A stretch of 64,000 nt of DNA from Octopus vulgaris (Eukaryota). Every line of letters begins with the position of its first letter. Position 1 is the stretch's first letter. The notes below the pieces were generated by a model that was given only the letters and a program-made list of their open reading frames with translations, was not told the DNA's origin and ran no database searches. The stretch lies in the NCBI GenBank assembly GCA_951406725.2, contig OX597821.1, positions 95,604,001 to 95,668,000 on the forward strand, in the 5' to 3' direction. Below are positions 12,347-26,092 of the stretch, piece after piece. The position numbers and the translations under genes were made by a program.

Positions 12347-13179
12347 GAGGCCTGATCAATAAGTATCTGGACTGGAGCTATAAAAACAAAACTACAACAC
12401 ATACCAATTTGGCATTTAATCTCTTTCAAAGTATTCCCCTTTGAAAGCCACACACTTAATCCGGCAGCTCCCAAAGGTGGAAGCATTCCTGCAACTCGTT
12501 TTCTGGGATAATCAGCAGCTGCCTTGTTGCATTTACTTTGATTTCCTCAACTTCCTGAAATCTTCCTTTCAAGAGGGATTTGACTTTTGGAAAGAGGGAA
12601 AAGTCGCAAGGGGGAATATGGTGGCTGTCGGACCTGTGGAATGTTGTGCTTAGGCAAAAACCATTGCACAAGCCGTGCTGAATGGGCAGGTGCATTGTTA
12701 GCCGAAAGCAGTTTTGGCACAAACTTGGCAGACCTGCGTCGCATACCCATATCTTCATCAATGATAATGGACTGAACTGAGCTGTAACTAATCTGCACAT
12801 CCTCTGATAACCCACGGATGGTGGATTGATGATTTCCCCTCACAGCTACATACACACTTGTGATGTTTTTCTCAGTTCTATCGACACTTTTTTGGCTCAT
12901 ACACTCCTCTCCATACACCTTCTGCAACTTTGCAGAGGCCTCTGAGCTGGTATCGCCAAGCTTTTGGCAAAATTTGATGCAGATTCAGGCTCAATGCAAT
13001 GATCATAATCTACACATGTTCCTTCCAAGCACTGCTGTAAACGGCGGAAGTGAGCCAGAATGTTAAAACTTAGTGTGCAGGTACAGCAGAGTTCAAGTTC
13101 AATCTGTACCAAGTGGCTTCACTCTGCATGCTTTAGCTTCATTACTATGGCAACAGTCCAGATACTTAGTCACCAAACC
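12346..13179 (-). mobile_element. Mariner element, internally deleted with degraded transposase
   Basis: TIRs CGAGGCCTGATCAATAAGTATCTGGACTG / CAGTCCAGATACTTAGTCACC; ORF fragments MQKVYGEECMS, AKFVPKLL, NNAPAHSA, QPPYSP and PCDFSLFPK. Related fragments at ~11722-11770 and ~32625-32990. Confidence 0.9.
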
Positions 13180-13434
13180 ATATATATATTTCTGTTATCT
13201 TGGTGCTTTACGGTGGTTTAATTAAGAATTTAGCTCTTACTTCTAGCAGGTAGATGCTTTTCTGCATCCTTATGCTGCATACTAATTTGTATATTATAGC
13301 ATTAATAATGCTATTTGTCTGTGAACCACCTGCATTACTACTGTTTTATCCACATATGATAATAACAATAGTAACATCTTATTTCAAAGCTTAGTGTTTG
13401 AATGTTTTGTTCATATATATATATATATATATAT

Positions 13435-13780
13435 GTAATGAGGCAATTATGTAAAATTTTTTTGAATTCATAATATTCTGTACTGAACTTTTTTTGATAT
13501 TTCCTCCTGGAAATTACCCTGAGATGTATAATATATTTGTTTTAATCTTTTCTGTCCATTTTTTCAAATATTCTCATTATACTGTTGTACTTTTTTATGC
13601 CCTTAACATGTCCCTGTAACCAAAGACTGTATATATACATGTAATGTGGCAATTTGCAACAACCAATAATTAACGCAACCAAACTTCCATATGTTACTTT
13701 TGACAATCTTTTTCCAAAGAGTGAAACCGGTTAAGTAAATAAACATCTTTTAAATTGCATTTTCAAACCTTCTTTCGTAT
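13435..13780 (+). mobile_element. Penelope-like pLTR remnant with degenerate hammerhead
   Basis: (TA)n flanks; direct repeat ATGTAATG(A/T)GGCAATT near 13433 and 13639; hammerhead-like motif at 13694-13738. Confidence 0.55.
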
Positions 13781-14837
13781 ATATATATATATATATAAAA
13801 GATATACATACACACAACATGCTTCTTTCAGTTTCCTTAAACCACATCCACTCTTAAGTCTTTGCTCAGCCTAGGCTTACAAAAGACACTTGTTCACAAT
13901 GCAGCACATTGAGCCCAAAACACCATGGTTGGTAAGCAAGCTTTTCACATCTGCAAGTTACTCACACACATAGATGTGTCATACGAGCTGACACATACTA
14001 CCGGCCACATCATCACAACAGTCATCGTGTTCACACCCAGCAGAGTACTTATCTCTGCTTGGCATCTGAAGCTGATGCAAGCATAGGGCCTCACTTGCAC
14101 ACCAAGTCTAAACATGTTTATTCAATGTAAAGAAAGATGTAACTTCCCATTTTCATACAGAGAAAACACATTAGATAACGTAGTCCTAGATAGCCATAAA
14201 AAGATGGGATGGTTGTGACTAATGTCCTTGATTAAAGGTCTGCTCAATTAAGGTTGACCAAGGGTTAAATAACAATAACATGACTGACAGCTGGAACATG
14301 AGCAGCCTTTCCACTTAAGAGAAATAAATGTAAAACAGTTTCACCATCGTTTTTGACATCCACTTTTCCATACTCAGATGAGTCAAGCAGAGTTTGCTGA
14401 GTAAGATTTTTTACAACCGGATGCTCTTCTTGTCACCAACTCTCTCAGCATAATTTGCTGAGTAAGATTTTTTACAACTGGATGCTCTTCCTGTCACCCC
14501 CCCCCCCCCAAAGCTTCCATAAAAAATTGGAAACGAAGGACACTGCTTGTAAAACAGTGACACTCATTTACAACAATTACACTACGTAAACAGATGCACA
14601 CACACACACCATCATCGTTTAATGTCTGTTTTCCATGCTGGCATGGGTTGGACAGTGTGAGGAAAGCTGAGCTGGTGAGCTGCTGCACAAGGTCCAGGCT
14701 GATATGGTTTGGTTTCTGCAACTGGATGGCCTTCCTAATGTCAACCACTTTACAGTGAGCTGAGTGCTTTTAATGTGGCACTGACAAACAGTGTTACATA
14801 ATACACCGGCTTTATATCAAATCAAGGACCAAAGGTT

Positions 14838-15073
14838 CTTCAAGAGCCATAGGCTCGTAAGGGCAGTTTCCCAGATTTTGTCATATGCATATTCTCCACT
14901 TAACAGAATGCTAGTCCATCGTGGGATTACTCACTTTTGACAGTCGACTGAACTGGAGCAACATGAAATGATGTGTTTTGCTCAAAAACATAATGCATCA
15001 CCCAGTCCAAGAATCAAAAGCACAATCACATTATCACTAGCGCAACACCCTAACTACTAAGCCATGTGCTTCC
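14838..15073 (-). mobile_element. Degenerate tRNA-headed SINE
   Basis: Minus-strand head GGAAGCACATGGCTTAGTAGTTAGGGTGTTG (A-box-like) followed by a B-box-like TTTGATTCT. Confidence 0.55.
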
Positions 15074-15276
15074 ACACACTCACATAAAAACATATGTGTA
15101 TACATCATCATCATCATCATCATCATTTAGCGTCCGTTTTCCATGCTAGCATGGGTTGGACGGTTCAACTGGGGTCTGGGGAGCCCGAAGGCTGCACCAG
15201 GCCAGTCAGATCTGGCAGTGTTTCTACAGCTGGATGCCCTTCCTAATGCCAACCACTCCGAGAGTGTAGTGAGTGT

Positions 15277-15475
15277 TTTTATGTGCCACCGACACAGGTG
15301 CCAGACGAGGCTGGCAAACGGCCACGCTCGGATGGTGTTTTTATGTGCCACCGACACAGGTGCCAGACGAGGCTGGCAGACGGCCACGCTCGGATGGTGT
15401 TTTTATGTGCCACCGACACAGGTGCCAGATGAGGCTGGCGGACGGCCACGATCGGATGGTGTTTGTTACGTCCCC
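15277..15475. repeat. 62-bp tandem repeat inside an RTE 3' UTR copy
   Basis: ATGTGCCACCGACACAGGTGCCAGA starts at 15281, 15343 and 15405. Confidence 0.9.
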
Positions 15476-16967
15476 AAAGCACGGAGGCCAGTCTATGCGG
15501 TACTGGCTACGGCCACGTTCGGATGATTTTCTTGTGTGCCACCGGCACTGGTACCACAAAGATACAAATTCCATTGATGTTCATCTATTTTGATTTGTTT
15601 TGATTTGATTTGATTTGATTTTCACTTGCCTCAACAGGTCTTACACATATATACATAAATGGGCTTCTTTCAGTATCCAACAAATCTACACACAAAACTT
15701 TGGTTGGCCTGGGCTATAGAAAACACCTGCTCAAGGTGCCACACCAAGGGTTTGAACTCAAGATCATATGGCTGAGAAGCAAATTTCTTACCACACAGCC
15801 ATGGATGTGCCCATTCATATATCTCTCTTTTACTCTTTTGCTTGTTTCAGTCATTTGACTGTTGCCATGCTGGAGTACCACCTTTAGTCGAGCAAATCAA
15901 CCCCAGGACTTATTCTTTGGATACCTAGCGCTTACTCTATCGGTCTCTTTTGCCAAACTGCTAAGTTACAGGGACGTAAACACACCACCATCAGTTGTCA
16001 AGCGATGTTGGGGGGAGGGACAAACATAGACACACAAACATATACATACATATATGGGATTCTTTCAGTTTCCGTCTACCAAATCCACTAACAAGGCTTT
16101 GGTCCACCCAAGGCTATAGTAGAAGAACACTTGCCCAAGGTGCCACGCAGTGGGACTGAACCCGGAACCATGTGGTTCGTAAGTAAGCTACTTACCACAC
16201 ATGCCTATATATCTATATACGACAGGCTTCTTTCAATTTCTGTCTACCAAATCCACTCATAAGGCTTTGGTCACCTCAAGACTAAAGCAGATGACACTTG
16301 TGCAGTGGGATAGAACCTGAGACTACATAGTTGGAAAGCAAGCTTCTTAACCATACGATCATGACTAAAATGCAAAAACAGTTTGTATTTTTTTATATCA
16401 GAAATGTATTTGCTGAAAGCAGATGATCCATTTAGTTGCTTCTTTGAGTTTCTTGTTGGTATGTTCATACAGAGCTGAAACATGCAGCACCAACAGACTG
16501 AATTACCAGTAAACAAAACCACTAGATGTATTACTCTTTACTCTTTTACTCTTTTACTTGTTTCAGTCATTTGACTGCGGCCATGCTGGGGCATCGCCTT
16601 TAGTCGAACAAATCGACCCCATGACTTATTTTTTGTAAGCCCAGTACTTATTCTATCGGTCTCTTTTGCTGAACCGCTAAGTGACGGGGACGTAAACACA
16701 CCAGCATCGGTTGCCAAGCAATGCTAGGGGGACAAACATACACACACACACACATATATATATACATACATATATACAACGGGCTTCTTTCAGTTTCCGT
16801 CTACCAAATCTACTCACAAGGCTTTGGTTGGCCTGAGGCTATAGTAGAAGACACTTGCCCAAGATGCCACGCAGTGGGACTGAACCCGGAACCATGTGGT
16901 TGGTAAGCAAGCTACTTACCACACAGTCACTCCTGCGCCTATTGAATATTTTTTCTCCTCTATGTAC

Positions 16968-17003
<36 letters not shown>

Positions 17004-17614
17004 ACACATATTTGCCTTTATTGCATGCCAATCTGCAAGTGAAATGTGGTTTGTGACTGCCAGTGATTTAATGCATCTCACTCAAAAATGACAGTTTTAC
17101 ACATAAGGCAGATAGATGGATGCAGCTGCAAAATATTCAGCCAGGAAGTTCTTGCCAAATTTAAGAGTGCATCCATCAACTGCCAACTGCCAAGGAAGTT
17201 GTCATATGGAGAGGATAAAAAAGAAAAAAAATTCATAGCTTCTAGCTGGACAGAAACATGACTGCCAAACACTTGGCAGTCTACCCAGACATAGCATCAA
17301 TAGTGATATAAAACATCTCAGAATTAATGCTATATAACTAGCAGGGGAGATTATATATATATATATTATATACACACATACATACATAGATGTACATATA
17401 CACTACAGACATACACATATTTTTTTCATTTTATGAGATAAGCTATACACTTCCAGAACTGCTTTGAACACTTTTGTTTTTGCACAAGTACATATATAAA
17501 GTGTAGTTGCTATGGTGACAGTCCAACTAAAAAGACCTAAGAAAAACCAATGAATGAGGGGTTTTCTGACTAAGGAGCACCAGAAATCAACCAGAAATTT
17601 TGATGCTTATTTAA

Positions 17615-17834
17615 CCCCCTCGTTACTGTATTTATTTTGAGATGCTCTGTGTTGCTTTCGGTTATTTTAAATATAACACAGAATTTAGTAAAATAACTTA
17701 GTTATCATTCAGCTAGTGTTAGGAACATAAATTGTGACTAAGGTTTGGTGGAAGATTTTAATTCAAAACTTATGAAAACAAGACATTTGCACTCAGAGCT
17801 AGGGCTGGTTTCAGCCGGGTTGGTAACAAAAGGG
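17615..17834. mobile_element. piggyBac-type MITE
   Basis: TTAA|CCCCCTCGTTAC ... GTAACAAAAGGG|TTAA; a more degraded relative lies at ~17945-18160. Confidence 0.8.
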
Positions 17835-20475
17835 TTAATGAACACAGTATTTTAATAACCCTCAGATGGATACAAAGTAAAAATTAGACCTCAAATAATT
17901 TAGTTGCAGAGCAGTACCACCTGCATACTGCAAGACATCAACATTTTTGTTACCAGATTTCTGTTGACTACTTTTGTTTCAATTAATTTTTAAAATAATA
18001 AAAGAAAAATTAATAAAATAACTTTGCCATTATTAAACCAACATATGGCACATAAATTTAACATGAAATTTTGAGAGGTTTCCATTTAGATCACATTAAA
18101 GTAGAAGGTTTGCATCATAGAACCATGAGCAGTCTCAGGTGGGTTGGTATCAAAGGGTTTAATAAAAATGGTTTCTTCATTGGACCCAAAATGTTGGGGG
18201 CGACAGAAAACAAAATACAAAACCAGAGGGGAGTCACATCAAAAAGAAAAATCAGCATTAAAAAAGAGAAAACAGCAAACAGCTTCTTCTAGTGCTCGTT
18301 GCTAACCTTCAAGGTTACAGTCAGCCTATGTAGCCCCTCACAACCACCAATATCACCACTGTTGCATTCTCACCTGTGTCTTTACAGCCTAAACCTAACA
18401 TAATGGTTGCAGATGAGCATCATCATCATACAAGCAAAGTTGTTTGTTTCTAGTCTACTGTGAAAAACATGTCTAGCAATGGGAAAATATTACCTTACTT
18501 GAAAAAAGGTGAGGTTTGGTGACAGGAAGGGCATCCAGCTATAGAAAATCTGCCACAATGAATTCCACACTCACACAAGTTTGGTAAAATTTACTGTAAA
18601 GCAGCTTTTCTACCCTTACCTTCCTCTTTAAGTGGTAATTGAAGAAGCCAATGAGAACAAGGAATTGGTTCAAGATCCATGCACTAATCCATGTTTACAA
18701 CTATTCAATTTACCGTTTATGCCATACCAGAAAAATTTTTGGACATAACTGCATTATGGATTAGTTTGCTCTGTAGATAAGTCAGTCAACATAAGATTTG
18801 AGACTTATTTTATCCAGTTTTGGAAGGATAAAAAGAATCTGAATTCAGAACTTAAAAGAATGTTTAATAAAGAATGCAACAGTTTACCGTTTTATTCACC
18901 ATTTAACCATTTTCTCCACAGCTCTACCAACTGTGTCATACAGAACCACAATGATAATGAATTCTAATAGAGTAAAGGTGACACATTTTGGATGTTAAGA
19001 ACAGTCAATTAATTTGTAATTATTTTTTGCCTTTTATCTACCATGCAAGAAGGATAAAACATCTGCAAGAACTGGACTGAGGATGTAAAGAGAAAGGGAT
19101 TAATTACAACAGGATACTTCCCAACCGTACGTTCTTGGTTTCAGTCCCACTACTAGGCATTTTGTCTTTATTATAGATCTAGGCCAATCAAAGCTTCAGG
19201 AGTGCATTTGGTAGATGGAAATTGAAAGAAGACCAATGTGTGTGTGCACGTGCGCACATGTGAATGTACAAGTGAGTCTGTACTATTGTCTTGACCACCA
19301 CGCATCACTATCAGACAAGCAATGTTGTTGGTTTCTAGTCTTCCATGGGGAAATATTACGTTGCTTTGAAATAGGTGAAGGGTGGCAACAATAAAAATAT
19401 CTATCAACAAATTCCATTTAACCCATGCAAGCAAAATTGAACATTCTGCCCACATACACAATGAAATGCCTTCAATGGATTGGCACACAGACACCCTGCC
19501 TATTCTCCTACTACTTACTTGTATTATAAATATCAACTCTTTTGAATGAGCTAATTGCATACTGCCCCTGCCCAGGTGTACTAGTCTCTCCTCTTCTTGT
19601 ACCAATCACTAACCAATACTACTTCTTTGGTGGAAAAGCAAACTGGAATTTCCTGTAGACACAGACATTAACACTGTATAACAACTGTAGCTATTTCAGC
19701 AGTCTGGAATCAACAGAAGCCTTATAAGTGAAATGGAGTGGATGGAAATTATGCAGAATCTTGTCAGATGAACTGCAGCTGTAATTTAAGTTACAGCATC
19801 ATGCTGATTCCATCTGAGAATTAGGTACATATCTGTGGAATACACAGTCACATACAATGATAATTCAGAAAGTAGGCAGTTCAGTTGATCAAACAACTGG
19901 ACACTCATTAGTGAAACCAATGAAAATTCGTTAAGTTTTCATATATATAAACATGTGTGTGCAAATTAAACACTGTACACCATATAGAAAGGCAAAAACA
20001 AGCCTTGGTCAAAACACACAAACTAATCGCGCTATTTTTAGTTTATATCAACAACAAAATTCAAAAACCGGTATTAGTAATACTACCCACAATTGATCAT
20101 CCATACCAATATATGACACTCCCAAATTCTCCAATGAAATAAAAATCTTTAATTAGTTTCACTGGTTAAAATAACTCCACATTCTTTCCTCCAATAAACA
20201 AACCTTTAAACTCTTGAGCAAAAGTCACCCAACCATGAAATACCATGTACAATGAGACACTCCCAAACACCACCACAAATACATATTCTAAGAGACAAAT
20301 TCAAAGGAAAAGATCACAGTCAGCATAAAACTCAATAAAAGGAAATACAAACACCTACACTTAGGTGTTTGTATACCAACAAAATACACACATACTCAAA
20401 CCAATCTTTTGACCCAATTGATATCAACTAACCTAAGATCTTTTCTAGTCCCATAATACAAACTCATTGTTTTAA

Positions 20476-20696
20476 CCCTTTAGTGTTTGCATTATTCTGC
20501 CAAAATTAATCCTTTTTTATCCACATTGCCTTGAACTAATCAGGCATTATCTTGGTGCTATAAGATTTTCATGAGGTAGCTGTTAATTTTTAAAACGATA
20601 TTGTGGGGCTGGTGTGAGAGCCCAGATCTGGCCAGTTTGAACATAAAACAGGCAGAATACTTTTGGCCGGATATGGCCGGTTTAAATGCTAAAGGG
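20476..20696. mobile_element. piggyBac-type MITE
   Basis: TTAA|CCCTTTAGTGTTT ... AAATGCTAAAGGG|TTAA. Confidence 0.8.
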
Positions 20697-20719
20697 TTAA
20701 AGTGGTTTAGATTGAAGCC

Positions 20720-21700
20720 TATCAAAATTAAATTTCATTGATCTCACTGGCCATGTCTTATAGCCATGCAACAAGATAGAGTGACAGTGTTTAGTAGATG
20801 CAAATTCATGTTGCTACACATTTCTCCATGGCAAAAACTGGCAATGAAGACAACAAAATCCAGCACGCATACAATTGTTAGACATCTATCTCATCTGTTT
20901 TATGACAAGGAATCCAAATTCTTGAAAATGCATTCATATGTCCTGCATGGATGTGTTCTAGCAGTCTTCAGTGTTCTTCAGTTATATCATCAACTGGTTG
21001 TAGAGTGAAGGTAATACCAAAGTATTGAATTGATCAAATTCTCTCTACCCATTTGGAGGACAAAATACTAGAAGTTATAACCTTTGTCTTGGTCACATTG
21101 ATTTTTTTTTTGGGCAACATTCAACATGTACACAGAGGTATTCAACAGCTGATTGGATATTCATATAATTGTTGTCAATTATCATGAAGTCATCAGCATA
21201 GTTAAGGTGAGTGACAGTAAAATGTCATCCTATACCAACACCTGTGAAATATACCAAAGCATGTTCCACGAGCCAGTAAATAACATAGCTGAATACCTGA
21301 GTCATTAGAGCACAATACAGGGGACTTGTATGAATTACAATAAATTTGGATTCCTTAACATAATACAAAATCTATCTTTGTGTGGATTCACAGTATGCTC
21401 TAATTAGATTCAGCACCTTCACAGGTAATCTGTCTGCAGTCATGAATACATAGATCAACAAAATCAATGATTGGTGTGAAGTCCACAGACTATATGAAGG
21501 TTCAATGTTGGTATGCCAATATTGTTCCAGAATCCTCCACAAGATGAAAATTTGATGTGTGCAACTTTGGCCATGCCAGGATCTCACTGATTTGCTTGTG
21601 TGCATTGATAATGATTGTGTAGAAGTCTTTGCAGCAGAATGACCGTGAATATTCAAGCTTGCATGCCAATTAAACTTATATTAAGGTAGTTATTAGAAGA
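20720..21700 (-). mobile_element. Degraded LINE reverse transcriptase (RTE-like)
   Basis: Minus-strand GQSCTHQIFILWRILEQ (RT domain) and LNYADDFMI catalytic motif near 21181-21207; many stops. Confidence 0.8.
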
Positions 21701-22766
21701 ATTCCTACCACCCTTCATGAAGAAATGGAGAACCACACCAGTCTTATGAAAGTTATTCCATTTCCAACACACGCACACACACGCATATCATCTTTCATCA
21801 CTTTAACATCTATTTTTCGATGTTTGCATGGCTCATATGTGAAGTTAGTGGGGCAGATTTTTCTACAGCCACATGCTGCTCTTGTTACCAACCCCTACCT
21901 CTTTCCAAGTGAAGTAATAACCTCTCAATCTTACAAACAAGCAGGACAGACATTGCTGATATAGAAAGCTAGACACAAATGACATAGAAACAAGTTTTTT
22001 TTTTTTTCTACTTTACAAAGATTGGGCAATGTGTCAAGACATGTCAAGAAGCCCAGACAAGCTTTTGTAGTGGACAAATGACATTATTAGTGAAGCCATT
22101 GGTTTACAACCAATAGTGAGAGACATCTAAAAAAAAAAAAAAATATACAATTCACACCACAAAACATATATTCAGCTATACACAAATATTTCTTCATATA
22201 TAAATTTATAACACGAGTATGTGTGTACATGCATATATACATATATATATATATATATATCAATATACATACATACACAAATATACATAACTGTTTCGGT
22301 ATACATATTTGTCTTTTTTTCATCATCATTTGTAATGAAACAATTTTCCGTGCTTGCAAAGGGTTGGAGAGAATTCACTGAGGCAGATTTTCTATGGCTA
22401 AGTTCCTTTCCTGTCCCCAACCCTCAACTGTTTCCGAACAAGTTACCATTTCCCCATGGTCAGACATGTTCTCATTGAAAATTAGAAATGATCAGCACTG
22501 TTTATGTGATAATGACACAATTTCCATTTACTAAATCCTCTTACAAGTCTTTGGCCTGAGGCTAAAGTAGAAGATACTAGCCCCGGTTGCCATTCAGTGG
22601 GACTGAACCTGAAACCATGTTGTTGGGAAGCTGACTTCTCAACCACACAGTCACATGTATTTTATCATCATCATCATCATCATCGTTTAGTGTCCGCTTT
22701 CCATGCTAGCATGGGTTGGACGGTGCAACTGGGGTCTGGGAAGCCAGAAGGCTGCACCAGGCCCAG

Positions 22767-22818
<52 letters not shown>

Positions 22819-23872
22819 CACAGTTTTTATATATATATATATATATACACACAGTTTTATATATATATATATATATATACACATACATATATATATACAT
22901 ACACAGTTTTATATATATATATATACACACACACAAATATATATACACACATACAAGTATACATACACACATTTATGTTGTACAATGTAGTCGATGACGT
23001 GGTTTTGACAAAGAAGTGGAGTGAGAATAAACAACATGAAAACAATTAAGAAATGATTTAACCTAAGACAAGAACTGTACGCATGAAGAATACACAAACA
23101 CACCTAAAGATATAGATATGTACATTCATAATAGCACACTAGTGTGCATATTGCATACACACACTGTATACACATATATATACATGGATGTGTGTCATTC
23201 ATATAAAGCAGTATAAACAGAAACCAACATCTGGAGAAAAGCACAGGCGCGCACACACACACACATGTGCAGACAGTTGCGTGCATATGCACAGTCATGT
23301 ATATATATATTCTTTCCAGAGTGTATACACAAGCGCATAAGACACGATGAAGTGCTGTAAATATATTTTTAAAATTTATTTTATCTAGTTTCAGCTCACG
23401 AGCTGTGGCCATGCTGGGGCACCGCCATTCTATAGAGGATTGATGAAACTAGCCAGATACAGAACTAGAGATAGCCACAAATACTTGCAACATCAACATC
23501 AACATCACACACCTAGAAAGAAAGAAAGGCAAGGAACGAGTATCCACGTGGTACATATAACTGCTAGAAATAGCAGCCGAATTTCCATCATATCACGCCG
23601 CCGTACTATTGGGAAAAGGGAAGCATATGTGAGAATGTATTCCTAGACGTACTTCTTTAGGACAGTCCTGGCTGGAACGCCTTTAACCATGAGCCTTGCT
23701 CTAATCAGGGCTGACCTGGGACTAAACAACTGACAGAGAAATACATCGATTCACACAAACATAGACAGATCTACAGGCATACATACGGACTTAAAGACAC
23801 ATATACACACATCTGGTCTAAAGTGAAGGTGGATGAAAATGAAAACGGCAATCTTTCGTTTGTAGTAGACCT

Positions 23873-24238
23873 TTCCGTCGATTTCCGTAAAAAAATTTTT
23901 TTTTTTACATATGGGCTTGCGGGAACTTTTGAAGTAATGAGAGCGAAAGAGACTAAGAGAAAGCGATTGTATGACGAGGGAAGTTCTTTTGAAGTTACCG
24001 TGCATGGGAGCATTGATGTATATGTGTGTGTGTGTATTTGATGGGGTGTGGGAGACAGACAGTATGTTGTGTAAGTGAAGTGCTTCTGTTAGTGTGTGTG
24101 AAGAGACAGTAATGTGTGAAAGAAAGAGATAACTGAAATTTTTTACTCGGTGTATGTGTATATGTATGTATATTACTTCAAAAGTTCCTGCAAGCCCATA
24201 TGTAAAAAAAAAATTTTTTTTTACGGAAATCGACGGAA
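23873..24238. repeat. ~66-bp near-perfect inverted repeat with ~230-bp spacer (MITE-like)
   Basis: TTCCGTCGATTTCCGTAAAAAAATTTT...CATATGGGCTTGCGGGAACTTTTGAAGTAAT (23873-23938) and its reverse complement at 24172-24238. Confidence 0.92.
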
Positions 24239-25204
24239 GATCGCCGAAAACAGAAGTGATGCAGGAAAGGCATAAGATGGTAGTGTTATAACATATGTAA
24301 CAACGTTATATTGGTATATAGTAGTGGTCGTCGTGGTAAGAACGATTATAACAGCGGCGATAGGTATGACGGCAGCGGTGGCCTTGACACTCCGCTGCCA
24401 ATTCTGGCCTTGGTCGTAGGCACCCCCGTTCTCTGCTTTGTCTGTGTACACACATTGTAATTTGCCGTAATCTTGTCGAAATAAATTAATGGAAAAAACA
24501 AAAGCAACAACAACAATAACAAAAAGATCGTATTCATGTTGGAGAGGTTTATAGTAATGAGATGGTCGTAGACGTTGTTTGTGGTCATCGGAAAGAGATG
24601 CTTGATGGCGGAGGGTAATACAGGTGTCGTTGGAAATAGGTAGGTATAGCACTGGGGTGGCGTTAGAAGATATAGTCATAAGAGGGTGGCGTCAGTCAGT
24701 CGGTCGGTTGGTCGGTGAGTTGGGTGGGTAGATGGATGGGTGGCTGGGTGGGTAGTGGTGGCGTTCTTAGTCCTCGTGGCCTCCAACAGGAGATAGTTGA
24801 CAAGTAGCAATGGTATTGGTGATGGTGGGTGTGGCCTTGGAAAAATAGTAGTAGTAGTAGTAGTAGTCGGTGTGATTGGCACGGCCGTCGTGTATTCTTG
24901 TATTCTTAGAGCGATATTTAGTGGTGGAGGTGGTACAAAACCACGACAAGTGGCTCGTTTAGAAAAGGACGCGTCCTCCAGTTAATTAAGACATGGTCAA
25001 CAACGACCGTGTGAGTGGAAGTGCGCGTGTGTGGTTACGTTTTAGTAATGTGGTGGCAGTAGTAATAGTGGTGGTGGTGGTGGTAGTAGTAGTAGTAGTA
25101 GTAAACGGAAATAAGCCCCAGGACGCCTTACTGATTAAAAAAAAACATGTAAGCATAGGTGATTGATACGTCTAATAGAAAAGGGCGTGCAACTATCGAA
25201 CGTA

Positions 25205-25282
<78 letters not shown>

Positions 25283-25944
25283 TACACACACACACACACA
25301 TATAATGCAACAAATAGTTATATAGGTGTGACATTTCCTGTGTATAAAACTCGCTTGTCTTCGTGTGCAAATGTGTGTGTCGAAGTACTTATCTACACAC
25401 ACACACGTACATTATGTGTGAACGTGACAGCGGAAAAGAAGGAAAAAAGTGGCGTTGTAAAGAAAAAAAAACACAGAGAGCGGGGTAAAAGAGGGAAAAA
25501 AACAACCTAAATCTTGTACATAGTAAACGTGTTAAGGAAATCATACGGCGAAAAAAATCTTCCGATTCCACGCTAAGCGTACGGTATGATGCAACGACTG
25601 GAGAAACTAACTCCAGATGATGATGATGGACACAACATCTGATGGGATAACCCGAAACTGGACCAAACCATCGATTTCCTCACGTCCCTTAAGATCTTAA
25701 TAAACTCTTCTGATCGGTCATAAAGGACGGACATAAATCTCTCTCTCTCTCTCTCTCTCACAACAAAATTAAATCAGCATTATCCAATATTTGAGTTTTA
25801 CCGTACTAATTACAAAATAAAGGCATACACCTATGCATGTATATACATGTATACGAAAATAGTATATAGATGTATAAATGATCTATGACTGACACGTCCA
25901 CCTAAGAATCGTAAAAAAATCCGTACGTTCAAAGGTTTATATAT

Positions 25945-25981
<37 letters not shown>

Positions 25982-26047
25982 CAGAGCAAGCACGAGTGAT
26001 GAAATAGTTTTATACTGTGACTACAGCCATTCTATGCTATTTTTGTG

Positions 26048-26092
<45 letters not shown>

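Noticed and set aside
15127-15593. Recurrent MLAWVGR.../[12 protein letters not shown] ORFs resembling a gene family
   Set aside because: Translations of the RTE 3' UTR repeat, present in many copies with inconsistent frames.
18620-18700. Minus-strand ...LPLKEE G|GTAAGG candidate ARFGEF1 exon
   Set aside because: No convincing acceptor and negligible similarity.
19519-19652. Minus-strand segment bounded by an acceptor and GTAAGT donor, candidate ARFGEF1 exon 2
   Set aside because: Stops in all three frames and no BIG1 similarity.
22597-23103. Many overlapping YIYI/CVCV ORFs (also ~11400-12400, 25100-25500, 46650-47150)
   Set aside because: Translations of stop-free (TA)/(CA)/(GA) microsatellites and SINE sequence.
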